Below, in pieces: positions 50,268 to 63,419 of a stretch of 64,000 bases of DNA. Each line of letters begins with the position of its first letter. Position 1 is the stretch's first letter. Under the pieces are notes generated by a model, which made no database searches, had not been told where the DNA came from, and saw only the letters and a list, made by a program, of their open reading frames with translations. The DNA comes from Octopus vulgaris. Lineage: Eukaryota. The translations under genes were made by a program, and so were the position numbers. The stretch lies in NCBI GenBank assembly GCA_951406725.2, contig OX597819.1, forward strand, positions 1,178,001 through 1,242,000. Reading direction: 5' to 3'.

Positions 50268-51069
50268 GTAAGAAGCTGATCACTTCCCTTGATATTCTTT
50301 TTAATAAAATTTACTAAATTTGATGTAGAAAAAATAATACAATTTAACATTTTCCCTTCTGTACCTTAATGAATTTTCATTGTTACCTGATTGCATGCAC
50401 AGTCTTATATAAGTGATTCTTGTCATCCACTCTTCTTTAATGTTTGCATCTGAACATGTTTCACATGTAACATAAACTTTTATGTGGTATGTGAACAAAA
50501 CCTCAATAACATCCTTGTCTCATTCAACGGCATTAAGACATATACACTACATGTACCAGGAAAACAACCAGAACATGTTGCTTTTCATTAAGAGCACTCA
50601 TTGACCTTTAGTAACATCATGAATTAAAAAAAATATCAAAATCACACTTTAGTCTTTAACTGGAACTGATGAATGAATTGAGAAGAATATTATGAAATAT
50701 TTTGTGAAGTAATTGATTTTATAGGAAATGCACAAAATATTGGAGAGGAGAATAAAGCTTAAAATTAGGACCTAATTGTATTTCAGATGAGTGGTAAGAA
50801 GTTTTCTTCCCAACCATATGGTTCTGGGTTCAGTCCCACTGTGTGGCACCTTGAGCAAGTGTTTTCTACTTGAGCAAGTGGCTCCTGGCCAATCAAAGCC
50901 TCTCAACATATGGCCACCATGCTTCCTCACTACTCCTGCTTATGATCAGAGATGCACATAGTCAGTCACTGAGGGACAGCAAATAAGTGTTATTGAGCAG
51001 AATATTTGCTGTAGCCCATCTTTTTACACCAAGACAAAACATGTATATGATAACACTTTCCATCAGTTA

Positions 51070-51871
51070 ACATCAGGATTTTCTGCACAATGAACTTGAC
51101 ATGATGAGAATTTCTGCTCGGTGGGTTCCATATCTTCTGACATCTGATTAAAAGCACACCAAGCTGACCACATCACAAGAAAATATCACATTGTTTGTTT
51201 GAGGCAGATCCAGTTAGTTTCCTTGAATGGTGTCCATCATTTTGAGCCAGAGACAAAGAGGCAACCCATACAGTGGAAACACCACTCCTCACCTGTTCCA
51301 GAGAAGACCAAGGTCGTTTCATCTGCAGAGAAAGTGATAGCCTCAGTTTTTTGGAATGCAAAATACATTGTCTTCATTGACTATCTTCAAAAAGGCCACA
51401 CCACCAATGGAGAGTATTATGCCAACTTGTTGAGGTAGTTAGAAAAGGTTATCAAGACCAAGCGCTCAGGAAAACAGACAAAAGTGGTCTTGTTTCATCA
51501 GGACAATGCTCCAGTATACAAGTCCTTAGTTTCGGTGGCTGTTGTGCATGACTGTGGCTTTGAACTAGTTGATTACTCTCCTTGTTCTCTTGATTCCTGA
51601 TTTGGCCCCGTCTGACTGTCATTTGTTTCCCAACATGAAAAAATACTTGACTGGGAACCAGCATTGCAATGATGATGATGTCATATCTGCTGTTGATAGC
51701 TTTTTTGACCAAGGTGAAAGCTTCTTCACCAATCAGATTCAAGCACTGCAACACTGATGGAAGAAATGTGTGGACTGCAAGGTGGGGACTATTTTGCAAA
51801 CTAAACCTTATTTGGTCACATTCCATGAGAGTGTCTTTGTCAGCCAATGACCTTTTTAGCTGACCCTTGTA
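51070..51871 (+). mobile_element. Decayed mariner fragment (catalytic half plus right end)
   Basis: ARWVP, FEPETKRQ..QW, ASVFWN, QDNAP, PDLAPSDCHLFPNMKK. Confidence 0.85.
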
Positions 51872-51945
51872 TGATTAGAATATATTATTTTCCCATCTAT
51901 TAATGCAGGAGTTTAAAAGCATTTTTATTTTTGATTTATATTTAG

Positions 51946-52061
51946 TGGGGCGGACGTCGTTATGAAGATGTTCAAAAGACTCATGTATGGTGTACTGCCT
52001 TAGAAGGTATTGAGTGTTTTGGTAACAGAAAATTCCTGAAGGGTGGCTTCCCATGTATCAA
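51946..52061 (+). CDS. TM2D2: TM2D2 coding exon 3
   Basis: tttag/GTAAGT; [38 protein letters not shown](K). Confidence 0.93.
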
Positions 52062-52249
52062 GTAAGTGATTATTGTTTTTTTTTATTATGAAAATATACT
52101 AATGTCTTTTGTTTGGTAAGTTATCTGATCTGAGTTAGTTTGTTGAAATCAAAACCATTGCATAAGAGTAGTTACATTCAGGACATGAACAGCATCAATA
52201 AAATGCAGTGTTTTAAAGCATTGCAATTGTAACATGTTTTAATAGAATA

Positions 52250-53000
52250 TCATCATCATCATCATCATCATTGTTTAACGTCCGTTCTCCATGCTAGCAT
52301 GGGTTGGACGGTTCGACCGGGGATCTGGGAAGCCAAAAGACTGCACCAGGCTCCAGTCTTATCTGGCAATGTTTCTACAGCTGGATGCCCTTCCTAACGC
52401 CAACCACTCCGTGAGTGTAGTGGGTGCTTTTTACGTGCCACCCGCACAGGTGCCAGGCGAGGCTGGTGCCTCAACAGGTCTTTGTGTCCAAGGGAGGAAA
52501 GGCATGCATAAGTGGGCTGGGCTCACTTGTCCTGCCTGGTTTTCTCACGTACAGCATATTTCCAAAGGTCTCGGTCGCTGGTCATTTCCTCAGTGAGGCC
52601 TAAAGTTCGAAGGTCGTGCTTCACCAGCTCGTCCCAGGTTTTCCTGGGTCTACCTCTTCCACGGGTTCCCTCAACTGCTAGGGATTGGCACTTTTTCACA
52701 CACCTATCTTCATCCATTCTCGCCACATGACCATACCAGCGCAATCGTCTTTCTTGCACACCACAACTGATGCTTCTTAGGTACAACATTTCTCTCAAGG
52801 TACTAACGCTCTGTCGAGTATGTACACTGACATTACACATCCAGTAGAGCATACTGGCTTCATTCCTTGCGAGCTTACGTATGTCCTCAGCAGTCACGGC
52901 CCATGTTTCACTGCCATGTAGCATGGCTGTTCATACACATGCATCATACAGTCTGCCTTTTACTCTGAGCGAGAGGCCTTTAGTCACCAGCAGGTAAGAG
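52250..53000 (-). mobile_element. RTE LINE 3' fragment (young family)
   Basis: ORF 52523-52924 nearly identical to the C-terminus of the 21378-23947 copy; (CAT)n tail. Confidence 0.92.
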
Positions 53001-53644
53001 AAAATAGATTAGCTATCTATTTAGAAGAATGTAAGCATTTTCTATTTTGAAGTTCAGCATTTTTTCTTTGAATCATATGGTCTGTTTTATGTTGCATTGA
53101 CATAGAATAAGTACATAGAATATAGGAACTTGTAATTTGCATAAAGTATTGCCATATAAGGAGAATTGTATAAGAAAGTAATGAAAGTCTCTTAACTGTA
53201 AAATGTGGAGAAAAACAACTCTATTTTCAGCATGACTGTGTATTAAGAAGTTTGCTTCCCAACTACATGGTTTTAGGTTCAGTCCCACTGTCTGGCACCT
53301 TGGACAAGTGTCTTTTACTATGGACTTGGGCCAATCACAGTTTAGAATGATGAATGTGCCTCAGCATGTAGTGATAAAAATGTATGTCTAGAAATGAAAG
53401 TTTTTGGCTTCTTGTGCTGGTGAGCACCACCTTGAAGGATTTTTTTAGTCAAACAAATTGACCCCAGGACTTACTTTTTGAGCCTAGTACTAATTCTATT
53501 GGTCTTTTTTGCTGAACTGCCAAGTTACAGGGATTTAAACACTCCAACACCAGTTGTGAAGCAGTGAGTGGGGTGGGTGTGTGACAGCAAACACAGACAC
53601 AAAAACACACACACAAACATATATACATACATGTATATATATAT

Positions 53645-53941
53645 AGGTGCAGGCTTAGCAGTGTGGTAGGAAGCTTGCTTCACCATCACATGTTTCCGGG
53701 TTCAGTCCCACTGTGTGGCACCTTCGGCAAGTGTCTTCTGCTATAGCCTTGGACTGACCAAAGCCTGAGTGGATTTGGTAGATGGAAACTGAAAGAAACC
53801 TGTCATACATATATATATATATATATTGTCCCATTTTGTATTTATATATATATATATATATATAAATACAAAATGGGACAAGAACGCAAAACATTCAAAT
53901 AGACGATACAAAAAACGGACGGGTCATTCGAAGCCTCTAAT

Positions 53942-53978
<37 letters not shown>

Positions 53979-54152
53979 GTTTGTGTGTCTATGTTTGCCC
54001 TGACCCCACCACCATCACTTGATAACTGATCTTGGTGTGTTTATCTCCCTGTAAAGTACTAGGCTTACAAAGAATAAGTTCTGGGGTCGATTTGTTCAAC
54101 TAAAGGCAGTGCTCCAGCATGGCTGCAGTTAAATGATTGAAACAAGTAAAAA
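53645..54152 (+). mobile_element. SINE family 1 with an insertion in its (TA)n spacer
   Basis: Head 53645-53805, tail 53975-54152; unrelated palindromic fragment in between. Confidence 0.8.
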
Positions 54153-54418
54153 CTATATATAATGGGATTCTTTCAGTTTCTATTTACCAAATTTTCTCAC
54201 AAGGCTTTAGTTGGCCTGAGACTATAGTAAAAGACACTTGCCCAAGGTGCCTTGCAGTAGAACTGAACCCAGGATAATGTGGTTGGGAAAGAAGCTTCTT
54301 TGTCTTTTAAGAAGAAATTTGTTTTAAATGAAATATTGAAGTTCAAAAAATGCTTGCAAGTTTTGAAAAGCAATTTTTGCTTGAAAGTTTCTTCACAGTT
54401 TTCCCTTCTTCTTTACAG

Positions 54419-54507
54419 GTACAATGGTCATTACTTCCTTACAACTTTAATTTATTCCGTATTGTTGGGTTTTCTTGGAATGGATCGATTTTGTTTAGGA
54501 CATACAG
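54419..54507 (+). CDS. TM2D2: TM2D2 coding exon 4 (first TM2 helix, DRF motif); final exon not found in window
   Basis: ttacag/GTTTGT; (K)[29 protein letters not shown](G). Confidence 0.93.
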
Positions 54508-54684
54508 GTTTGTGAAAGGATTTCTTTTTAATAATTTAAAAAATTTTATCGAATTTCTTTTACATTTATTAGACAATTCTATTTCTTTATCATCATCATC
54601 ATATGTCCACTTACCAGTTGGTTTGACCAGAACTGATAAGCTAGAGGGCTGCACCAGGTTCCAGTCTGATTTGGCATGGTTTCT

Positions 54685-54913
54685 TATTTCTTTATTGCCC
54701 ACAAGGTGCTAAACATAGAGAGGACAAACAAAGACAGACAAAGGGATTAAGTCGATTACATCGACCCCAGTGCGTAACTGGTACTTAATTTATCGACCCT
54801 GAAAGGATGAAAGGCAAAGTCAACCTCGGCGGAATTTGAACTCAGAACTTAACGGCAGACGAAATACCGCTAAGCATTTTGCCCAGCGTGCTAACATTTC
54901 TGCCAGCTTGCCA
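54685..54913 (-). mobile_element. tRNA-derived SINE family 2 (Meta-domain-like) with 19-bp TSD
   Basis: Minus-strand gagttcaaattcc B box and gcctttcatcctttc.gggtcgataaa central domain; CTGATTTGGCATGGTTTCT duplicated at 54666-54684 and 54914-54932. Confidence 0.88.
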
Positions 54914-55477
54914 CTGATTTGGCATGGTTTCTGCAGCTGGATGCCCTTCTTAATGTCAACCACTCCAAGAGTGTAATAATACCAGCAATGGCCACAACTA
55001 TGATTTCACAGGTGCCATTTACATGACACTGGTAATGGCCACAACTATGATTTTATTAGGCTTGACGAGTGTTCTTAAGCACAGAATATTGCAAAAGGTC
55101 TCAGACACTTGTCATTGCTCCTGTGAGGCCTGACATTCGAAGATCATGCTACCGGCAATGGCCACAATTATGAGTGACTTTCTGAAAAATATTTATCATG
55201 CATTCATATCGATTTCATCTATCTTAATGCAACATCTACAAGTTCCAGAGCTTTAACAAGCAAAACATGACGCTGTGAAACAAAGCTATACTTTTTGAAT
55301 TACAAGTACAGTCCTTGAAAGGGCTTCTGTACTGTCTCCTCAGTTTCACAGAGAAAGAGTAGGTCAGCCTCAGGTTAGAGAAAATAACATTCGTCCAAGA
55401 TGCTCTACAGTGGGATCTAATCCAGGATCCCATGGTTACGAAGTGGACTTTGTAACTGTTCTGCTATAGTGTTTATA

Positions 55478-55508
<31 letters not shown>

Positions 55509-55549
55509 ATGCATGCATGCCTTCCTGCCTGCCTGTCTGTCTGTGAGTC

Positions 55550-55657
55550 AGTCAGTTTATTTCAAGATTTCTTACCAATAGTGAAAGAACTGGTTTCTAA
55601 CCTAGATCCAAGGTTCCTTCATTGGAATTTCAACATCAACAACAGGGTATTTTTGTT

Positions 55658-55699
<42 letters not shown>

Positions 55700-56840
55700 T
55701 GTGTGCAGGGTGCAGATTTGTATGTTTTATGTATGTCTTCTCATGCATATAGTTGCATATCTAGACCTGCTCATATATACTTAAATGATAAACTTCTGGA
55801 AAGTTTTACAGATTTTACAGTTTCAGTGAATGATTGGATCTGTAGTCTTCGAATTAGCTTTCTCCTCTCTGGATTTGAGAAGCCTAATTTCTCAAGATTG
55901 TTACATATCCCAGAGCCCCAATAATTACAGGTATAAACCTGAACTTGTAATCTGGATAGAGTAACTTCAGATTTCTTAATAGTTCAGCATAGGCGTTCTC
56001 TTTTTCACTGATCTTCAGCTCTGTGTAAATAGCCGCTGGGCAGCTAATTTCCACAACTGTGCACAGTCTCTCTTCCTTGCCCCAAATCATTATATCAGGT
56101 CTGTTGTGCTTACATTTTATTGAGATCTTCAACGGTACATTCCACCAGTATTCCTTTTTATTATGGGTGGCTATGTCTTCTACCATATTGTGTGTTCTTA
56201 TTTCTTTGTCCTTGGGATTATCCTTCTGACTGATTTCATTATAAAGTGTCCTAGCTACAATGTCATGTCTCATCGGTAGATAATACCGTGATGACATTTC
56301 TGGACAGCTGCTTATGATGTGGGTGATATCTTCAGTGTGAACTCCACAATGTGTGCATCGGTTGTCACATTTTACTGCATCTCTATCCCTTTTGTGCATT
56401 AGGTATTTGGTTGATATTTCCTGTTCCTGGATTGCAAGCGCATGCCCTTCATGATAGACTGCTTTGATGTTCGATGTTACTATCATCATGGAGCTTTCTA
56501 CTAACATATCCATGCATAGTCTTCTGCTCATATAGGCTCATCCATTTATCTGATGATATGTTGTGGTAACATACCTGTAACATTCCTTGTCAGATCCAGG
56601 GGAAACAGTCAAATCATTGGTGGAGATGTTACTAGTTTGGTTTATAGTTTCCCCCTTTTCACAACCATATAACAACATTTATCTTAACCAAACTCCAACC
56701 TACATCCTTTGAAAATGTTGTAATTAGGTCAAGGCTCTTTTTCATCTCATGCATATTCTTTGCATAAAGTTTTAAGTCATCCACAAAGAAACAGCGTGTA
56801 ATTTTGGTATTTCTGTTTCCTTGTGAACCAGTGAGATAGT
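55550..56840 (-). mobile_element. RLE-type non-LTR retrotransposon fragment (R4/Dong/NeSL-like)
   Basis: ORF 55884-56531: CxxC...HIISSC zinc knuckle, RHD, RPDI, VEISCP restriction-like endonuclease motifs; FVDDLK RT motif near 56780; boundaries approximate. Confidence 0.85.
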
Positions 56841-56878
56841 TACGTAGGTAGGTACATATACATGTAGGTACATATACA

Positions 56879-56930
<52 letters not shown>

Positions 56931-57080
56931 GTGAAATAGAAAGATGAATAATCTTGTAGTAGATTAATCAAAAGTTTAACCGATACCTTAGTAGCAAAAA
57001 TCACAGCAGTAAAACAGCACGGTTGGAGGTACAGCCATATGGTGTTGCAACCGTGCGTTGGTGCGGATAATTGAAATTAG

Positions 57081-57215
57081 AACATTATTGGTGAATTGAA
57101 GAAATGGAGCTGAACGCAGATTGAACAGAAATCGTTTTATTTCATTCATAGAATGAAATAAAACGATTTCTGTTCAATCTGCGTTCAGCTCCATTTCTTC
57201 AATTCACCAATAATG

Positions 57216-57217
<2 letters not shown>
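57081..57217. repeat. Perfect 67-bp inverted repeat with 3-nt loop
   Basis: 57081-57147 is the exact reverse complement of 57151-57217. Confidence 0.97.
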
Positions 57218-57254
<37 letters not shown>

Positions 57255-57255
<1 letters not shown>

Positions 57256-57774
57256 CGTAAATCCTCGAATATAGTCCGCTCCTGAGTATAATACTCAGGG
57301 GATTTTTAGGGGGCTGTACCTCTGAAAAACCTAAACCTTGTGTATAAAACACCCCTTCTCTAACTTGCGTTGTGCGTAATTAAGCCAGCAGCACCTAGTT
57401 GAACAAATACTTCCATGCATGCATAATACAATAATGGTGATGTTCTTAACTGTTATATGGGAATGTAAATGTGTTTGCAAATTGTTTCTGTTACATGTTA
57501 TTCTGTGTTCTGAATACTTTTATTTTAATAAATGATGCTCATTGCAAGTTACGGATGATTCTTTTATGACTTCATTGCTTTCAGGCTTAGCTTAATGTAT
57601 TTTCATGTTCGACATCACAAAATGTGTCTGAATAAACATTGCCGAACAGCAAATAGAGACTTGGACATTACTTAGAAAATATTTAATATTTTTAACCTCG
57701 TATATAGTACACACTAGGGATTTTGACCTTCAAATTTTTGGAAAAAAATGCAGATTATACTCGAGGATTTACAG
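57255..57774. mobile_element. Tc1/pogo-type MITE
   Basis: 25-bp TIRs ccgtaaatcctcgaatatagtccgc / gcagattatactcgaggatttacag, followed by TA. Confidence 0.85.
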
Positions 57775-57829
57775 TATAATAGTAATGGTAAGACAACAAA
57801 AGAATGCATGAGACCTCAATATTATGTAA

Positions 57830-57873
<44 letters not shown>

Positions 57874-57902
57874 TTATATATATATATGTATATGTATATA
57901 TG

Positions 57903-60900
57903 TCATCATCATCATCGTTTAACGTCCGTTCTCCATGCTAGCATGGGTTGGATGGTTTGACTGGGGTTTGGGAAGCCAGGAGGCTGCACCATGCTCTAGT
58001 CTGATCTGGCAGTGTTTCTGTAGCTGGATGCCCTTCCTAATGCCAACCACTTCGTGAGTGTAGTGGGTGCTTTTTACATGCCACCAGCACAGGGGCCAGA
58101 AGAGGCTGGCAATGGCCATGATCAGTTGGTGCTTTTTATGTGCCACTGGCACGGGGATCATGACTACATTTGATTTTCGTTTTGATGTTGATGTACTTGA
58201 CTGAATAGGTCTTCTCAAGCACAGCATGTTGCCCTGCGATCCAAAGTACTTTTTGAATGGGCTGGGGCTGGTTATGTGAAACTGGTGTAGGATACAGCTG
58301 TGAGCTCACTTTATTTACTGGGTCTTCTCAGTCACAGCATATCTCCAGAGGTCTTGGTCTTTTGTCATTGCCTCTGTGAGGCCCAACATTCGATGGTCAT
58401 GCTTCACCACCTCATTCCATGTCTTCCTGGGTCTATCTCTACCCCAGATTCCTTCAACTGTTTCGGAGTGGCACTTCTTCATACACCTCTCCTCAACCAT
58501 CTGTAGTACATGATCGTACCAGCACAAACATCTGTCTTGCATGCCACATCCAATGCTCCTTATATCTGACATTTCTCTCAGAGTGCTTACACTCTGTCGT
58601 GTGTGCACACTGACATTACACATTCGGTGGATCATGCTAGCTTCATTTCTATTGAGCTTATGCATGTCCTCAGCAGCCATGGCCCATGTTTCACTGCCAT
58701 GAAGCATGGCAGTTCACACACATGCATCATTTAATCTACCTTTCACTCTGAGAGAGAGGCCCTTTGTCACCAGTAGGGGTAGAAGCTTTCTAAACTTTGC
58801 CCAAGCTATTCTTAGTCTAGTGGTAACACTCTCTGAGCATCCACTCCCACTACTAACTTGGTCACCTAGGTAGCGGAAGCTATCAACTACTTCTAGTTTC
58901 TTCCCCTGGAATGTGATGGAATCTGTTTTCGGAGCATCTGTGGTGTTTATTGCCCCTGTGCATCTGCCGCGCATGGAAGCTATCTTCCCAGTTAATCTTC
59001 CTTTGATGTTGCTGCACCTCTTATGTGTCCATAGTATACACTGGATACATCTTATGGAGTTTCTACCTACACCTTTTGTACAGATTGAGCAGGGCCACCT
59101 ATCTGAAGGGGTGTATGATGTGTTCACCTTCCTACTTACTAGAACTTTGGTTTTTGCAACATTAACTCTAAGGCCTTTTGATTCTAAACCTTGCTTCCAC
59201 ACCTGAAATTTCTTCTCTAGTTCTGGTAGTGATTCAGCTATGAGGGCCAGGTCATCAACATAGAGGAGCTCCCAGGGGCAACCTGTCTTGAATTCCTCTG
59301 TTATTGCCTGGAGGACTATGATGAATAAAAGGGGATTGAGGGCTGATCCTTGGTGGACCCCTACTTCTACCTGGAATTCTTCACTATACTCATTGCCAAT
59401 CCTAACCTTACTAATGGCCTCTCTGTATAGGGCCTGTACAGCCCTTATTAGCCATTCGTCAATCTCCAGTTTCCACATTGTCCACCAGATAAGGGACTGA
59501 GGGATCCTGTCAAAGGCTTTCTCCAAGTCCACAAAAGCTAAGTATAGGGGTTTATCTTTGGCTAGGTATTTCTCCTGTAATTGCTGCACCAGGAATATAG
59601 CATCAGTGGTGCCTCTACCTGGCACAAAACCAAACTGCATCTCATCTAAGCAGACTCTCTCCCTAATGAGATGAACTATGACCCTCTCCATGACCTTCAT
59701 CACCTGATCCAGCAGTTTGATACCCATGTAGTTATTTCTATCTAAAGCATTACCTTTACCCTTGTAGCAGTTGACTATGGTGCTGCTACGCCAGTCATTG
59801 GGTATGACTCCATCATGAACTACTTGGTTTACAATGCTGGTGACTAGGCCATAGCCCACACCACCAGATATTTTAAGCATCTCAGCAGTGATTCCTGATG
59901 GGCCGGGGGCTTTTCCTGGCTTCATATCCTTAATTGCTGTCTATTCAGATAGCTGGTCCCTCTACTGGGTCAACATTTGGCAGGTTCTCCTCCTCCCATT
60001 CATTCTCCACGTTCAGCAGTTTCATAATGGCTTCACCAAGCCTCTTTCTTTTCCGAAACATTAAAAGCAAGTGCACCATCATCCATGTGGACACATTTCT
60101 CTCCTGTGACATCACAATTTTCTCTCACACACTGTCTTTCAATCTGAAATATTTCAGTTCTTTGGTCCTCACGTCGCTGGACATTGGCAAACTTCTTCTT
60201 TTCTCCTTCACCATTGGCTATGTATACCTGCCGCCCAGCCTCCCTTTTGGCTACCTGGTACAGTTCTCTGCTACCCCCACCCTTCCAGGCTTTCCAGGCA
60301 TGTTTCTTTGCTCTAATGGCTTTGTCTACTGTACTATTCCTCCACCACATTACTCTAGGTCTGGAAGGGACTTTGCACCACCCACAGGCTTGGTCTGTGG
60401 CACTCAGCAAGCTGTCCCGTAGGAATTTCCAGCTACCTTCTATGTCCGATGTCTGTAGCTCCTCTCTCTCATCAGATTTCTTGATGAGGATGTCCCTAAA
60501 TCTCTGACCATGTGAGGGGTTCTTTAGCTTCCAAATCCTTCTTTTCTGGATTGGTCTACTTCTTGGCATCCTTCTGGCCTCAAGCCTAAAGTCACTAATG
60601 ACTAGCTTATGTTGGGGGATACATTTTTCACCTGGGAGGGTCTTTGTATTTAAGAGCAACCCTGCATTGCGCTGTCTGGTGAGGATGAAATCAATCTGGC
60701 TTGCAGAGTCACCTGATTGATAGGTTATCAGGTGGCTGTCTGGCTTCCTGAAGTTAGTGTTGCAGATTAAAAGGTTGCATGCATCACAGAACTCCAGTAG
60801 CCTAGATCCTTCATTGTTTCGGGAACCAATACCATGGCCCCCGTGTACACCAGTGAAGATACCGGATTGCCGCCCAACATGCCCATTAAAATCTCCAGCT

Positions 60901-61480
60901 GCAAAGATGAGGTCATTGCCACTCGTCTTTGAGGTAGCCTGTAGAAGGGTATCATAAAAATGGTCCTTCCATTCATTTGGTAGGCCCACTTGTGGGGTGT
61001 AGGCAGAGATAATTGTAGCTGTGCTGTTCTGCAGGACTAGCCTGAGCTTAAGCACTCTATCACATACCCTCTATGACTTTATCTACCTATTTCTCCACAA
61101 ACAGTATGCCTATACCCCCTACTCCATCCATGTTACCTTGCCAGAAGATTTTATACCTATGTGCCTTGCCTGTGAGGACCCTAGCTGAAGCTCCTCTCCA
61201 CCTTAACTCTTGTATGCAGCATACATCAACATGTCTCTTTTCAAGCATCTCTACAGTCTCACTAGACCTGCCTTTCAGTGTGCCTACATTGACAGTGCCA
61301 ATTCTGAAAACTGGGAAAGGAATGTTGGGTGAGGCTTGGGGAGGAGGGATGTTATTCAGTGCCTGAAAAGAAGAGGGAGGAGGTTGTTGTGTTCGTTTTT
61401 TAGGCATGCTTCATCTGTTCTCACTTCCAACCTCACATCATTCAAACATTCAAGCATGTTAAGATTAAGATTGTTTCCCC
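57903..61480 (-). mobile_element. Near full-length RTE-clade LINE (APE endonuclease + RT + PHD), inactivated
   Basis: RIGTVNVGTL, CIQE, GDFNGHVG, QIDFIL, PQHKLV (APE); KAPGPS, QFGF, DLEKAFD, YVDD (RT); split by frameshifts and stops; (CAT)n tail; 5' boundary approximate. Confidence 0.93.
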
Positions 61481-62420
61481 TACTGGATGTAGGAGTAGGA
61501 GTTATCAGCATTGTGAGTATAAGCATTATGGTCATTGTAAAAGGTGTGTGTGTGTGTGTGTGGGGGGTGATTTCAGAGAGAGAGAGGAAACAAGCTCATC
61601 CATACATGCACAGAAGCTTGCATGCACACATACACAGGGGAACAAGCACACACGTACAACCCATTAGCTGTCTTTTCACTTGATATGTGCATGGAAAATG
61701 ACTGGGTAGTTGTTGGAATATTTCTGGACAGGATGAAATGAAAGATAGTCGATTAAGTAGGTGGGCAGCTAACCTAGTTGTGTTTTTCCGTGGAGAGAGT
61801 GGGGTTGCAGGTAGTCTAGAGAACAACACCAATGAGGAGGGCGATGGAGAGAAGAGACATTTGGTAATGATGGAGACAAATTTCTGGACAGAATGAAATG
61901 AAATGAAAGATAGGTGGTAAGTAGGTGGGCAACTGAGCTAGGGAGAGAGAGAGAGGTGAGTGCAGGTAATATATAGAGAACAGCCCAGTGAGGAGGAGCA
62001 GTGGGAGAAGATAGTCAGGTAATGGTGGTGGGAGGAGAGAGCGAGATATCCAGTATGGATGGTGAGAAGATAGAGATAAAGACTGAGATATCTGGTATTG
62101 GTGGTGGGGCGCACCGCAAACAAGCAAGTGTAAATTGGTGAGATGGTGCGAGGAACAAAAGTAGCAGGAGTAATTAGAATAGAATACACTGATAATGTTC
62201 AGGGTGGATGAGAAGCGAGAAATTAAACAGGCCAAGAAATGAGTAATTATCATCATTTAATTAGTTAGCTTCTGAGAAAATTAGCTGTTAGTAAACAATA
62301 CATTTAGATAGTAAACAATATATTTAAAGTGCTATGAAAGATGAAAAAAATGAGTCTTAGCTTAGCAATGCGTTATCATCATTTGGCGACTGGGCAAGAA
62401 TACGTGCGAGAATTATATAT

Positions 62421-62464
<44 letters not shown>

Positions 62465-62466
<2 letters not shown>

Positions 62467-62690
62467 CTTTACTGCCCACAAGGGGCTAAACATAGAGGAG
62501 ACAAACAAGGACAGACAAAGGGATTAAGTCGATTACATCGACCCCAGTGCGAAACTGGTGCTTTATTTATCGACCCCGAAAGGATGAAAGGCAAAGTCGA
62601 CCTCGGCAGAATTTGAACTCACAACGTAACGACAGACGAAATACCGCTAAGCATTTCGCCCGACACGCTAATGTTTCTGCCAGCTCGCCT
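62465..62690 (-). mobile_element. SINE family 2, CpG-rich copy
   Basis: Homologous along its length to 54685-54913. Confidence 0.88.
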
Positions 62691-62842
62691 CCTACATATA
62701 TATATGGGTTTCATGTAGTTTCATGGGCAAAAAAATGTTCAACCGCTTGCCTAGGGTGAGCCCATAGCAATATCATATCTTCTCCACTATTTCAGTATTA
62801 GTGGAGAAGATATGATATTGCTTCACCACCTTGTCCCAGGTG

Positions 62843-62856
62843 CATATATATATATG

Positions 62857-62914
<58 letters not shown>

Positions 62915-63082
62915 TATATGCATATATATATATATATACAAATACATATACATATATACATAATACATATATACATACATATATAAATATATATATACGT
63001 ATACATACATATATACATATATACATATATATATACATACATATATACATATACATATACATACATATATACATATACATAA

Positions 63083-63143
<61 letters not shown>

Positions 63144-63274
63144 CGTACATATATACATATATATATACGTACATATATACATATATATATACACACATAT
63201 ATACATATATATATACACATATATATATATACATATATACACATATACATATATACACATATATATATACATAT

Positions 63275-63316
<42 letters not shown>

Positions 63317-63390
63317 GTGTGTTTCTATGTGTGTGTATGTGTATATATATGTATATGTATATATATGTGTGTATATATGTATATATATAT
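62843..63390. repeat. Compound (TA)n/(TACA)n/(CA)n microsatellite
   Basis: Direct inspection; similar tracts at 20745, 21270, 24819, 27019, 56885 and 63752. Confidence 0.98.
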
Positions 63391-63419
63391 AAATCCTTAA
63401 ATCCTTAAAAATGTTGTAG

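Noticed and set aside
57903-61480. Active or domesticated RT gene
   Set aside because: Frameshift in the endonuclease region and in-frame stops near 60033 and 58714
62773-63408. Long YI/CV-rich ORFs (also at 20680, 23799, 24576, 30368, 63651)
   Set aside because: Translations of (TA)n/(TG)n microsatellites
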